Shown here one piece after another: positions 26,225 to 36,800 of a stretch of DNA of 64,000 bases; position 1 is the stretch's first letter; every line of letters starts with the position of its first letter. Both the position numbers and the translations under genes were made by a program. A model generated the notes under the pieces. It did no database searches, was not told the DNA's origin, and was given only the letters and a program-made list of their open reading frames with translations. Source of the stretch: a virus; the IMG/VR virus record IMGVR_UViG_3300046820_001584, positions 1-64,000 of that record; one strand, written 5' to 3'.

Positions 26225-28840
26225 TTATCCTTCAAGGGCGTCAAGTCTAGTATTGATGACATCAATCTTCTCTGATAATTCTTGAATAGCTAGTATCAGG
26301 GCTGTGGTCATTCTATCATAAGCTAAACCTTCTGTTTCCCCTAAAGCATTATAATTCACAAAGTCTTTTAATTTATCTATTTGTTCTACATCTTCAGCAA
26401 TCAAACCAGTTATTATTGGTCTAACTGTTTCATATCCTGGGGTTTCGTCAATGTCTGTTTCTTGAAGTTTATATGAAAATTTAACTGGCTTTAATAGTTT
26501 AATTGCATCTAAGTATCCAGTGCTTTCTATTTCAGAAATGTTTTCTTTGTATCTTAGACTAGAAGAAGCAACTCTTATGTACCCTTGTGAATCTTGCACT
26601 AATCCAGTTCCCGATCCAGTTCCTAGCGTATTTGCATAAATTCTTCCAGTTTGAAGGAATACTGAATACGGCTGCTGAGCTGTAACGTTTGTTATAGTAT
26701 CGCTTCCGCCGTGCCCCATAAAAACTCTACCGCTACTTCTTACGTCATTCCATCTAAAACCTGGTAGCCCCAAATCACAGTTTGGAGAACCTGGCATATA
26801 TGGATACCAATGTGTTGTGACGCCACCAGTTGCACTAGACTCAATTCCAATTGCATTTATAACTAAAGAATCTATTCCAGCCTTATTTCCTTTTGTATCC
26901 AAGAAATAGCTTGTGTTAAGTGCTCCAGCTGTTAATCTGTGACCGTTTAGTGTGCCGACTGTAATTTTGGAGGCTGAAATTTCAAATGCAGATATAAAGT
27001 TTGAAACAACAGCGTCGGCAGAAATTGTTCCTGTTCTTATTAATCCGCCTTCGATAGTTGTTGTATTAGTACTATTATTTATTTTAGCTATTATAGCTTC
27101 TTTGTTAAAATCGCTTTTTGCTACAGAAGCTAATACTGCTGCATTCTGAGCAGCTTGAGCTTTTGTTGTTGCATCTCCTGCTGCTGCATTAATTGCTGCT
27201 GTCTGCGCCGCATTGGCCTTAGTAGTGGCATCTGCGGCTGCAGATGATAGTATGCCATTTACAGAATCTGAAGTAGCATATCCAGCAAATACAGCACCAG
27301 TTGCATACAAAGTTCCATCTGCTGCGACTCTAAATTTTGCATTTGCGTCTGGTGTATTATTACCAGCCCACATAAGAAAGCCACCAGAAGATTTTAAATA
27401 AACGCTCTGGGCTGCAGTGGACCCTACCTGTATTTGTCCTGTGCTGTCTAAGATAATATTGTTTTTAGATAATGTTGTACCGCTTAAGTTCCAGCCACCA
27501 ATTGATCCAGCATTGGCTGTTATAGTTCCTGTTGCTGCTGCAATTGTTACAGAGTTAACGCCGTTAGCAACTTTTAATCCTGTTGAGTTTAACGCAAATC
27601 CATTTCCAGTTAGGTTGCCAGTAGTAGCATCAATTGTTCCATTATAAATTGATGCGCCAGAAGTAGACATAAATATGTTACCGCTAAAGTTTCCGCCTTT
27701 TGCATTTATATCTCCATCTATTGTTAGCTTAGTACCATTCCATAAAAGGTAGTTTGAGGTAGCGCCGCCAACTTTTAATGAAGCTGATTGATTGGAATCT
27801 ATATACCAATAGTTATTTGGATTAAATAGCAAGCCTCGTTTGCCAGTCTCGATTCCATATCCAAACTTAAATGCAGTTGAATCGGCATCTGTAGGATTTG
27901 CTTTTGCTCTAAAGAACCCAGCAACATCAACGGTTCCAGCAATATATGGAGTTCCAGTAATAGTTATGTTATTGCCAGCAACATATTGAGTTGATGTATT
28001 ATTATATTCATCATATGTTGCAACTGCAAACTCATAAGTTAAACCAACACCAAGACCTAAAAGGTGATACGAAGTTCCTGTTCCAGGAGAGTCAACATAT
28101 GAATATGCTGTTTCTGGTGTTGCAACTTGTCTCCACCGAATTCTATATCCTCTTATACCGTTTCCAGTTACTGGCGACCAACGTATTGTTGCATGTCCAT
28201 TAAATCCAATTATCCCGTCTAGATCCAAAGACCCTTCGGTAGTAACAGAACCAACATTTCCTGGGCCAGTTGTATCTACAACAATTGGGTCTTTTGCATT
28301 AAACTTTGCAGAAAAAACGCTTTTCTTTCTATAGTCTTGGTCTCTGGTATCTACACGAATCCACCTATCTGCAGTATTAGAGGCTAATATTGTTGCTGAA
28401 TTGCCATTGCCATTCCAAACTAAATACTCTTCTCCAGTAAATGCTCCAGTTAAACTTTCATATATTTGTATGTCTATAAGCCATTTGTTTGCAGGTAAAG
28501 CTTTATCTATTAGGTCCCATTTAACGCCGTAAGAAAGCAAGCCTGGTGTTACAACAAGATTAGTAACTGGCTGAGTTAAATCTGGTGTTTGTAGAGTAAC
28601 TATAAAGTTTGGAGATCTTGGGCCAGTAATTGGAGCAGATGGATTATCTGGATTTTCATAAATGTATGCAAATGAGAACTTGTATACTCCGTTCTGAACA
28701 ACATTTAGTCCTGATCGTTGAACAATAAACGCATCTGATGTCTGTGTATTTGCTACTGCTGCTGCATCTGTTGTGTTAGCCTGTAAATCTGCTGGTCTAA
28801 GATTTAGAAATCTATCTATTGCGTCGTTATAACCTGCCAT
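26225..28840 (-). CDS. Central tail fibre/tip protein with FN3 domain(s) and C-terminal S74 chaperone
   Basis: W.P...IRGYRIRWR...YEFAVATYD (FN3); SSLRYKENI...GLIAEDV...AIQEL (intramolecular chaperone). Confidence 0.8.
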   Translation of the reverse strand: MAGYNDAIDRFLNLRPADLQANTTDAAAVANTQTSDAFIVQRSGLNVVQNGVYKFSFAYIYENPDNPSAPITGPRSPNFIVTLQTPDLTQPVTNLVVTPGLLSYGVKWDLIDKALPANKWLIDIQIYESLTGAFTGEEYLVWNGNGNSATILASNTADRWIRVDTRDQDYRKKSVFSAKFNAKDPIVVDTTGPGNVGSVTTEGSLDLDGIIGFNGHATIRWSPVTGNGIRGYRIRWRQVATPETAYSYVDSPGTGTSYHLLGLGVGLTYEFAVATYDEYNNTSTQYVAGNNITITGTPYIAGTVDVAGFFRAKANPTDADSTAFKFGYGIETGKRGLLFNPNNYWYIDSNQSASLKVGGATSNYLLWNGTKLTIDGDINAKGGNFSGNIFMSTSGASIYNGTIDATTGNLTGNGFALNSTGLKVANGVNSVTIAAATGTITANAGSIGGWNLSGTTLSKNNIILDSTGQIQVGSTAAQSVYLKSSGGFLMWAGNNTPDANAKFRVAADGTLYATGAVFAGYATSDSVNGILSSAAADATTKANAAQTAAINAAAGDATTKAQAAQNAAVLASVAKSDFNKEAIIAKINNSTNTTTIEGGLIRTGTISADAVVSNFISAFEISASKITVGTLNGHRLTAGALNTSYFLDTKGNKAGIDSLVINAIGIESSATGGVTTHWYPYMPGSPNCDLGLPGFRWNDVRSSGRVFMGHGGSDTITNVTAQQPYSVFLQTGRIYANTLGTGSGTGLVQDSQGYIRVASSSLRYKENISEIESTGYLDAIKLLKPVKFSYKLQETDIDETPGYETVRPIITGLIAEDVEQIDKLKDFVNYNALGETEGLAYDRMTTALILAIQELSEKIDVINTRLDALEG

Positions 28841-29730
28841 TATAAAAACCCTAAATTAATTTTATATTCTATGTCCATCTCTACACCAAGCTTTTTTACA
28901 ATTGGGCTGGTTAAAATAGATCTGCTTATTAGTCCGTATTGACTATTATATCTATCGTCATCGTTTATTCTTAACCCATCAAGTAATACATTAGTAGCTC
29001 CAGAAGATTTTGCTTTGGCTCCAACTTCTATTGTTGTAATTGCAGAAAAGTCTGTTGCCCCTGCAGAAGAAAATGTTGAATTGAATAGGCTAGACATCTT
29101 GGCTGGTAATGAAATTTTTTGCCCAACTGATGAGTATCCAGGAAATCTTATTTCTTTATAGTTAGTTGGAGAGCTATAGAACCTAACGTAAACATAGTCT
29201 AGGTTTAAATCTGTTTGATAAAAAGCAATGGTCATAGAATCATCTACACCATAACCAGATAAATTAAAAACTGTATCTAGGCTGTATGATTTCGATTGTC
29301 CCGCAGTTGCTGTAATAGAAAAATATGAGGACCCTATTCTTGGAGTTGGCGTAGATACTGTTGGTGGCTGGTTGCCACTTGAGTCCTTCCATTGTGTAGA
29401 GTCTTCAAAAGAAGATATGTACTGTGATGAATAGTCAGTGCTTCCAGAAGAAGTTGTTGGGAAAATTCCAATTTCTGATATTATTCCTTCAACATCCGTT
29501 GGAAGTGTTGTTTTATAAACAACAGAGTATGTAGTCACACCAGTTGCCGTATTTGTTTGAATGTCGGAGCTTCCCAAGAAAACTCCTGATCTATAAAACT
29601 CAAATTGTAGATCTGAATCATTGAGTGTTGGAGCCTGGGAACCTATTCCGATTGCAATATCTTTTTGATTAAAGTTAAGGCCATTGGCCAGATAAGATGT
29701 TATAAACCTTTTTCCAAATTTTGTTATCAT
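28840..29730 (-). CDS. Minor tail/baseplate protein
   Basis: MITKFGKRFI...IAIGIG...LQFEFYR...ISEIGIF motif; location in the tail module. Confidence 0.65.
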   Translation of the reverse strand: MITKFGKRFITSYLANGLNFNQKDIAIGIGSQAPTLNDSDLQFEFYRSGVFLGSSDIQTNTATGVTTYSVVYKTTLPTDVEGIISEIGIFPTTSSGSTDYSSQYISSFEDSTQWKDSSGNQPPTVSTPTPRIGSSYFSITATAGQSKSYSLDTVFNLSGYGVDDSMTIAFYQTDLNLDYVYVRFYSSPTNYKEIRFPGYSSVGQKISLPAKMSSLFNSTFSSAGATDFSAITTIEVGAKAKSSGATNVLLDGLRINDDDRYNSQYGLISRSILTSPIVKKLGVEMDIEYKINLGFL

Positions 29731-30134
29731 ATGATTACTGCTCCTTTTACAACATCTCCAACACTATTTTTAATTTCGAACTTAACCCTTAACATTCTAT
29801 TATTGTTTGAGTCATAATATATTTCTGGATCTGTAATGACTTGTCCAGAAGAATATCTTTTGCCAGTAGTACCAATTAAAACGATGTCTTCTAGGTTTGG
29901 TGCGTCTAAGGAACTACCTGTATCCCCATCTTCTCCTGTGCCGTCTCCTGGATCTGTTTCTCCATCATCTGGAGTTGTGGCAACATACGTTTTGTCGACC
30001 TGATTTGTATATAGATTAACAACATCGTATTGATCTGTTTTAAGTACTCCAATTAAAGGTGAGTCAACTGGTAGCTGGACTTTAACTCCTCCAGCAACTT
30101 GCGACTTGCCTATTTTTGGTTTCTTTGTAGCCAT
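29727..30134 (-). CDS. Hypothetical virion protein
   Basis: Tail module; leaderless TGG-TAGAAT promoter at 30141-30149. Confidence 0.55.
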   Translation of the reverse strand: MATKKPKIGKSQVAGGVKVQLPVDSPLIGVLKTDQYDVVNLYTNQVDKTYVATTPDDGETDPGDGTGEDGDTGSSLDAPNLEDIVLIGTTGKRYSSGQVITDPEIYYDSNNNRMLRVKFEIKNSVGDVVKGAVII

Positions 30135-30154
30135 ATTAAGATTCTACCATTTCA

Positions 30155-33100
30155 TTAAACATAAATCGACCTACATGTAATTTTTGTTGAAGGCGACTGA
30201 CTATAGCCCTGCTCAATATCTAAAATAATATATTTACCCGCAGTTTTGCCAGTATCCTCAGTAGAGTAGATCATATTATTTGGATAAGATATCTCAACGA
30301 CATCCCCAGTTTCCAATATTGGGTTAGGGAAAATATCTAGCTGTATTACTGTTTGCTGCTTAGACCATTGTGTTCGCATCCACTTGGAAAGCTCTTTTGC
30401 CTCAGATTCTTTTTGAATCCACATAGATTCAAATGCTACTTGTTCATCATTTTTAGTTGCAGATAGGTCTGGGTCAAGATACTCAAATGGGTCTAGTGGT
30501 GCTACTGTTTCTCCAACAACAATAAAACTCTTTTCCCCTCCGTCTGCTAAATCAACAAATGCTCCTGTGTTATTTAGAATATATGCGTCTATGCCAAACG
30601 AGTTTGCATCATATCCAAGGAGTGTTACATTTGGGTTTAATATTATTTGAGGGTACTTTACAAACCCTGGTCTAGTTGCGTACTTAGTTGATATTTTTTT
30701 AATCTCTCTTGCAACTGGCCCAAATTCCTTTACCCATGGGCTAGACAATGTAGATGCTTCTCCGCTGGCAATAAAATCACCAAATACGTTTTTTAGAGCT
30801 GTAGAAGAACCAACATATGACCCATAGTTATCGTAAGAAGAAGAACCAGCAAAGTCTTCTTTCTTTAATGAAGCTGCATATGCATAGTCAAACGCTGACT
30901 CGCCTTGTATGCCAATCAGTGCAATTTTATTTTCAATAGCTATGGGTGCAGAATCTGTTGCGGTGATTACTGTATTGTTAAATTTAATTTTAAATATTAG
31001 TTTACCAGAAGTTGCCTTAGAAACTCTTACATCTATTCTGTAGAACTCTCCACCAGAAACTCCAGTAATTGATGTGTCTTCTGTTTTTTGGCTATCAGAA
31101 ACAATTGTCTCTACTCCATTAACAAGTTTAAATAATTGAACATCTCTATAATTTAATCCTTTATTAGCAACGTTTTGAGAAGTTCCAACTTTTAAAATAT
31201 ATCCATTAAGATTATTTGCGGAAAGGCCTATACCCAAACCTGCAGATACATATTGTTCTCCAGTAACTCTTCCATTGCCATTTTTTGCAAGCTTGAAGAA
31301 TAGCGCTGTTCCTACTGAAAAGTATGTCTCAGAAGCAAAATTAAATGTAGGTGATATTGAAGCACAGTAATATTCTTTTGTTGAAGGAGGTGAAACAATA
31401 GTAAGTAGGGATCTAGAAATTGATTTTCCTGAACCATCTGTTTGCCTTAATGAGAATACCGATTCGTCATTAACATTTGTTTTTGCGGCTAAATTTAATT
31501 TACTACCTCTCCACTCTCCCTTTAAAGAATCTATTTCCACTGTGTGTTCATCACCTACTCCTACACCCTTACCAGTAGCGTTAAAAGAGTTTCTTTCTTT
31601 GATTCTGTATCTAAGTGTAGGCTTAAATGAATTTATTTTACTTTCACCTAAGTACTTAGCAATATCTGAATCAGATGTTATCCACTTGTATAAAACAGGT
31701 TTTCCTGCAACAGGAACTAATGGCTCGTAGCCAAATTCTATTGCATCATATTCAATTATTTCATTGTTAATTAAAAAGTAACCAGTTTTATTATAAAAAG
31801 ATGTGTCTGCTAAATCACTGTAAACGCTTATGGGAGACAAAGATACCACGCCCTTTGGTGCGTCTGTTTCAGCAGTAGCTGCTGCTGGGAGTGTAGTTTG
31901 TAGTGCTGCTGCACCAATTGCAGCTGGTGGAGAAACGTAAAGGTTATCTGATGAACCCTGGTAGTTTGTACTAATAATTGGAGTGTATATTACTTTTACT
32001 GCTTTAACAGAAGGAACTGTTTCTTTAGTTAAAGATATAATGTTTGGTATGTTTGTTCCTTTGGTTTCACTTCTAAATTTAAAACTAGTTCCTCTTGTCT
32101 TATCAAACAGATAGTCTCTTGGATAGAATTGCAAAGTGTCATTATTATCAAATGTTGCTATCATTTGTGTATCTTTACATAACTCTTGAATATGTTGCCA
32201 TACTGTTTTTGTATCTTCTGTGTACCAATATAGTGGTACTATAGTGGCTGAATCTACTTTGTTTGGATCCGCTTTCCCATATGTATTAAAGTTATATCCC
32301 GTAAAACCTACACTATCTAATAGTCTTCTTATAATTGCTTGCGATGGTGCGTTTTGAATTACAATATCTGGAGCCAATATTTCTTGTAAAAACTTTGCCC
32401 CATCTAATCCCTGTATGTCAATGTCTCCAAATTCGGACAAGGTAAAGGAGTCTATATAAAATACACCCTGCGGAATAACATCGTCTCCTATTTTATTAAA
32501 TGGAGTCACCTTTACATTTTTATATAGATTAATATTGTCTTTGTTAAACGGCATTGTTTTATCGTATTCAATTCCTTTTTTATCATATCCTTCAAGTGAA
32601 AGTGATAGTGCATTTGAAGTAACAGATCCTACTGGAACAATACCAGATGAGTCATCGGATGAAGTTTTTGAAACCTGAAAAGAAACTATTCTATTTGATA
32701 CATCTTGTATATACCGTGCTCCAACCTCTATTACTCCAAGGTACGAATCGGCAACGCTGATTGTGCTTACAGATACAATAACTTTTTTAACGTTAACTGG
32801 TGCAGATGGTGTTGTAAATTTTGTTGTTGACCATGCAGATCCACTCCAATATAATTGAAATACTCCATTATCTGGAACTACACCATTTGTAGATATAGTG
32901 GATTCAACACCAGCATGGTCTTGTATTTTAATAGACCAGTTGGCTGGCTTAGAGTAGGATGTTTCAAATTTAACTAACACTGTATTTGCTACAGCTGTTT
33001 TAGATGCTGGATACTCTACAGTAAAACTAAAATTATCTAAAATTGTTCCCCCAGACTTAGGAGAAACCCAGAATTTATATTGATTCTTTGGGCTAGAAAA

Positions 33101-33424
33101 ATAAGTTCTTACTGGAAGATCTGATGAAACATTGTATTTAGGTATGTTATTGACAACGTTTTGATTTAATATAAAATAATTAATTCCGCCTTTTGAAGGT
33201 CTTCTTGGATCTATTATACTTGTTAAAGGAAATAGTTTTTTAAATGGCTGATATGTCTTACCAGTAATTGGATCTGTTTGAGTTGCTGTTTCAGCTGGTG
33301 TAGCTGTTACTTTTGCATCTAAAATTAAATCGTTCATATTATATTCTAGCCAGCATCCGCCCGACATTGAATATGATGGAGATGTATTTAGTTTATCTAG
33401 AGTTGCTTGGCTTACTGATTGCAT
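30155..33424 (-). CDS. Large minor tail protein (hub/Tal-like)
   Basis: Second gene after the TMP; C-terminal NP.LETGDVV motif; start adjusted to MQSVS. Confidence 0.7.
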   Translation of the reverse strand: MQSVSQATLDKLNTSPSYSMSGGCWLEYNMNDLILDAKVTATPAETATQTDPITGKTYQPFKKLFPLTSIIDPRRPSKGGINYFILNQNVVNNIPKYNVSSDLPVRTYFSSPKNQYKFWVSPKSGGTILDNFSFTVEYPASKTAVANTVLVKFETSYSKPANWSIKIQDHAGVESTISTNGVVPDNGVFQLYWSGSAWSTTKFTTPSAPVNVKKVIVSVSTISVADSYLGVIEVGARYIQDVSNRIVSFQVSKTSSDDSSGIVPVGSVTSNALSLSLEGYDKKGIEYDKTMPFNKDNINLYKNVKVTPFNKIGDDVIPQGVFYIDSFTLSEFGDIDIQGLDGAKFLQEILAPDIVIQNAPSQAIIRRLLDSVGFTGYNFNTYGKADPNKVDSATIVPLYWYTEDTKTVWQHIQELCKDTQMIATFDNNDTLQFYPRDYLFDKTRGTSFKFRSETKGTNIPNIISLTKETVPSVKAVKVIYTPIISTNYQGSSDNLYVSPPAAIGAAALQTTLPAAATAETDAPKGVVSLSPISVYSDLADTSFYNKTGYFLINNEIIEYDAIEFGYEPLVPVAGKPVLYKWITSDSDIAKYLGESKINSFKPTLRYRIKERNSFNATGKGVGVGDEHTVEIDSLKGEWRGSKLNLAAKTNVNDESVFSLRQTDGSGKSISRSLLTIVSPPSTKEYYCASISPTFNFASETYFSVGTALFFKLAKNGNGRVTGEQYVSAGLGIGLSANNLNGYILKVGTSQNVANKGLNYRDVQLFKLVNGVETIVSDSQKTEDTSITGVSGGEFYRIDVRVSKATSGKLIFKIKFNNTVITATDSAPIAIENKIALIGIQGESAFDYAYAASLKKEDFAGSSSYDNYGSYVGSSTALKNVFGDFIASGEASTLSSPWVKEFGPVAREIKKISTKYATRPGFVKYPQIILNPNVTLLGYDANSFGIDAYILNNTGAFVDLADGGEKSFIVVGETVAPLDPFEYLDPDLSATKNDEQVAFESMWIQKESEAKELSKWMRTQWSKQQTVIQLDIFPNPILETGDVVEISYPNNMIYSTEDTGKTAGKYIILDIEQGYSQSPSTKITCRSIYV

Positions 33425-33873
33425 TATACTTCTTCCAGTGCAATAGTTACATCCCAAAATGCTTGTGCTGTATCCGCCGCTTTTTCCTTTACATTTCTTT
33501 TAATTAAATTAAATGAGCATGAGGTAAAGCTTGCTACAAAATCTTCGGTCCTAGTTGTGTTGTATGCTATTCTGGCATTAAATGTTCCTTGTCCTTTAGC
33601 GCTTAAATAGAATGTCTTTATATCTTCTGCGCCCCAGCCGCCGTCTACGGTCATTGTGGAGTATGACGGAACCATGCTCCAAGAGGTGGACACGTTCTTC
33701 TTATCGGCTATAAACAGCTTTCTAAGGCTTCCATTGGCCATTCTAGCAGTTTGCTCAAAGCGCTGGGTATCTATCGATATAGGAGATCTATTATGTTCAG
33801 TTAGTTTTTGCCATGCGCCAGCGGAATCTTGTATAAACAAGGCTGATCCTACTGGTAAAATTAAAGCTGGCAT
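33424..33873 (-). CDS. Distal tail protein (Dit-like)
   Basis: Immediately after the TMP; RMANGSLR...SWS...LEEV pattern. Confidence 0.65.
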   Translation of the reverse strand: MPALILPVGSALFIQDSAGAWQKLTEHNRSPISIDTQRFEQTARMANGSLRKLFIADKKNVSTSWSMVPSYSTMTVDGGWGAEDIKTFYLSAKGQGTFNARIAYNTTRTEDFVASFTSCSFNLIKRNVKEKAADTAQAFWDVTIALEEV

Positions 33874-36800
33874 TATATATTCTTCCCCTGTCCAACCATT
33901 TTAACATTAATCTTAGCCTTTTGTCCAATAACTATTTCAGCCTTCTTAACAATCATATTTGATAGTGCTTCGACATCCATTCCTTCTGAAGCATAAATAT
34001 TTTGATTAACAACATATGAATTGCCTGAAGCAGATCCATCCTTTAAACTATACTGAGCTTTATTAAAATTATATCTTGGAGATGCGGCAGCCAATGTATT
34101 CATAACATCGTTTGGCATAATGTTGGCACGGTTTTTTAAGTGAACAAATTCTGGTCCATTTTCTCCAACAAGGAACATTCCCTTGCCACCCATAACACCT
34201 GTTGCTGCTTTTTTAGGCTTTGGTGCATGCCATATCGGAGTTCCTCCAGTACTATTCATTCCATACTTTTGTCCCCCGAATAGGAATGTCTCTCCTACTT
34301 GAAGATCCAATCTCTTTCTAATAGCATCACGAGCTTCTGCGTTTAAGACTTGAACCTTTTTACCATCAAAAGTTTTATCTTCCATCTGACTAGCATAATT
34401 ACCAGTTACTTTAATGTCTTTTCTAAGAGCTGCGCTACCAGGAGTCTTGCCCTTTACGGCATCTACAACATCCTTAAGAGTTGCTCCACCCTTAATGCTA
34501 TTTGCCAGTGCGTCGTTGACTGGTGATCCCGCTCCTGATTTTGCTAAGATCGCTAATGCGTTTGCTTGTGGTGTAACTGGAACCTTTTTAGTTACTAGAG
34601 TGCCACCTTCGTAAGCTTTTGTTTCAGTATATCTTGCCATTTTTTGGCCAGTAGCAGCTTCAACTGCAGCTACTAATCCAGATGCAGCTTCTTTGTTTGC
34701 CTTAACATATTCTTCTACTGATTGACCTGCTGCAGCTGCATTTCCATAAAGCGCAGTCATTGAATTATTAACCTTGTCTATTGCTGCTTTCTGTTCATCA
34801 TACTTACCACGGACCTTATCTAAGCTTTCTCCAGCTAGTGCAGCACTATCTGCAAGCTTCTGCTGCTTGTTGCCCATAGCTTCAATAGCAGCCTTAAGTG
34901 GTGCATTTGCTGCTTCGTTTGCTTTGTCAATTGCTTTAGTTTGAGATTCTGTTTGCTGTGTAGTGGTTAATGTTTCTAAATCAAGTCTGAGCTCTTGAGC
35001 TTTTTGAGTGTCTCCAGTAGCTGAAGCGTTTTGCATTTCAAGTCTAGTTTTTTCAATTTGTCTTCCGAGATCTGCATCAGCCTGTGCTGCAGTCAAAGCT
35101 TTCTTTCTTGCATCTGCAAGTTTATTATTAGCTTCAATTTGCTTGTTTAATCCAGAAATCTTTTCTCTATCGGATATCTGCTGAGAAACTGTTTGTCCCT
35201 TTAGTGCCTTAGTATAAGATTTAATCTGATCTTCTAGTTTGCCAAGAGCAGAATACTGCTTGCTTAACATTCCGTCTTTACTTGAATTTGTTGCTACTAC
35301 AGCTGTTGCTATGGCATTAAATGAATCAGAAATTAATTGTGTTTGAGCAGCATTTAATTGAGAAAGGTCTCCAGTAAAGCCCTTTGCCTGCAATCTAATT
35401 TTTTGCCATACGCTGACAACTGTATCTGACCCATTAATCATTTTCTTTACTTCTGGATTTGTCTTTGCCATTTCATCAATGGTGCCTTGAGTAATTACTG
35501 TTCCAGCTTCCTTTGATTTATTGATCTGGTCAATCATTATCTTTTCAGCTTCTGCAAAACTTAGAGACTTAGTCTTTCCAGTTAAATCTTTTGCTACTAA
35601 TCTTTCTCTTTTTGCAATTAAATCATTAATTCCAGTCTCAGTTGCCATCAATGCTGTATTTAATGAGGCAGCCTTTTCTTTATTACCCTGGTCTTTAGTA
35701 TCTTTGCCAAAGCTTGTTACTGCAGAAACTGCAGCAGATTGTGGATCGGTAATTGCTTTGAAGTCTACGTTACCCATTGTTGCAGTAATTGCTTGATCTT
35801 TCTTATTTGAAAGCTGAAGCATTGTATAAACCTTTTTAGTTGCATCTTCAGCAGACATACCAGCAGCTATAAGCTGCTCTTTAATTCTTCTAACTGCATC
35901 TGGAACCTTAGTTGAAGGCTGACGGTCTAATGCATCAATCTGTTCTTTAAATGTTTCCTTAACTTCAACCTTTAGCTTTTTGTATTCTGCAATTGTCATC
36001 TGGAATGGAGTTCCGCCATCCTTCATGCTTTCATAAACTAATCTATTTGCATCTGCTAAATCTTTTGAATTTTGAATAGTATCTTTAATCTTTGATCCAA
36101 AGTCTGTGAATCTTAAGTTAGCTTTTTTGGCTGCTTCGGCAGTCATACCAAATGTAGATACGTTAAGTTCTTGTCCCTTTTTATAGTGTTGCCACATTTT
36201 GTATCCAGCATATCCAGCTGCTGTAACTGCTGCAAGCGGAGCAACTAATCCAGCAGCCGCTGCTGCTGTGGCTCCAAAGCCAGCTGAAGCTAATCCTGCT
36301 GTTGCTGCGCTAGCTGCGGCTCTTGTAGCAATCTTTCCTCCAATACCCTTCATGATAGATTGTCCACCCATCATTCCAGCCATGCTTCCCATCATTGCAC
36401 CAGTTTCACCGCCAAGCTTTCCTCCAACTGCTCCACCAACGGCCATTCCGCCCATCATTCCAACTGTGCTTCCGACTGCTCCTTGACCAAATGTTGCTGG
36501 ATTTATTAAGCCTTTATTCTTCATGTATTGCATTGGATGCAACATGTTAGAAGTTGTATATCTTGCATTGGCAGCAAAGTTTTGACGTAGTGTTGCACCA
36601 CCATAAGCTCCTGGAGCAACTGGTGGAGGAGAAGCAGCAAAACCTTTGAGATAAGATCCAGCTGCTTTTATTTGAGTACCGACTGCTTTAGCTGTTGTAG
36701 AAATTTGTGAACCTATGTACTTTATTCCAGTTACTAGTGGATTTAGCGCTGATTTAATTTGTCCTGGCAGCATTCTTGCGCCCACTACAAGTTGGTCACC

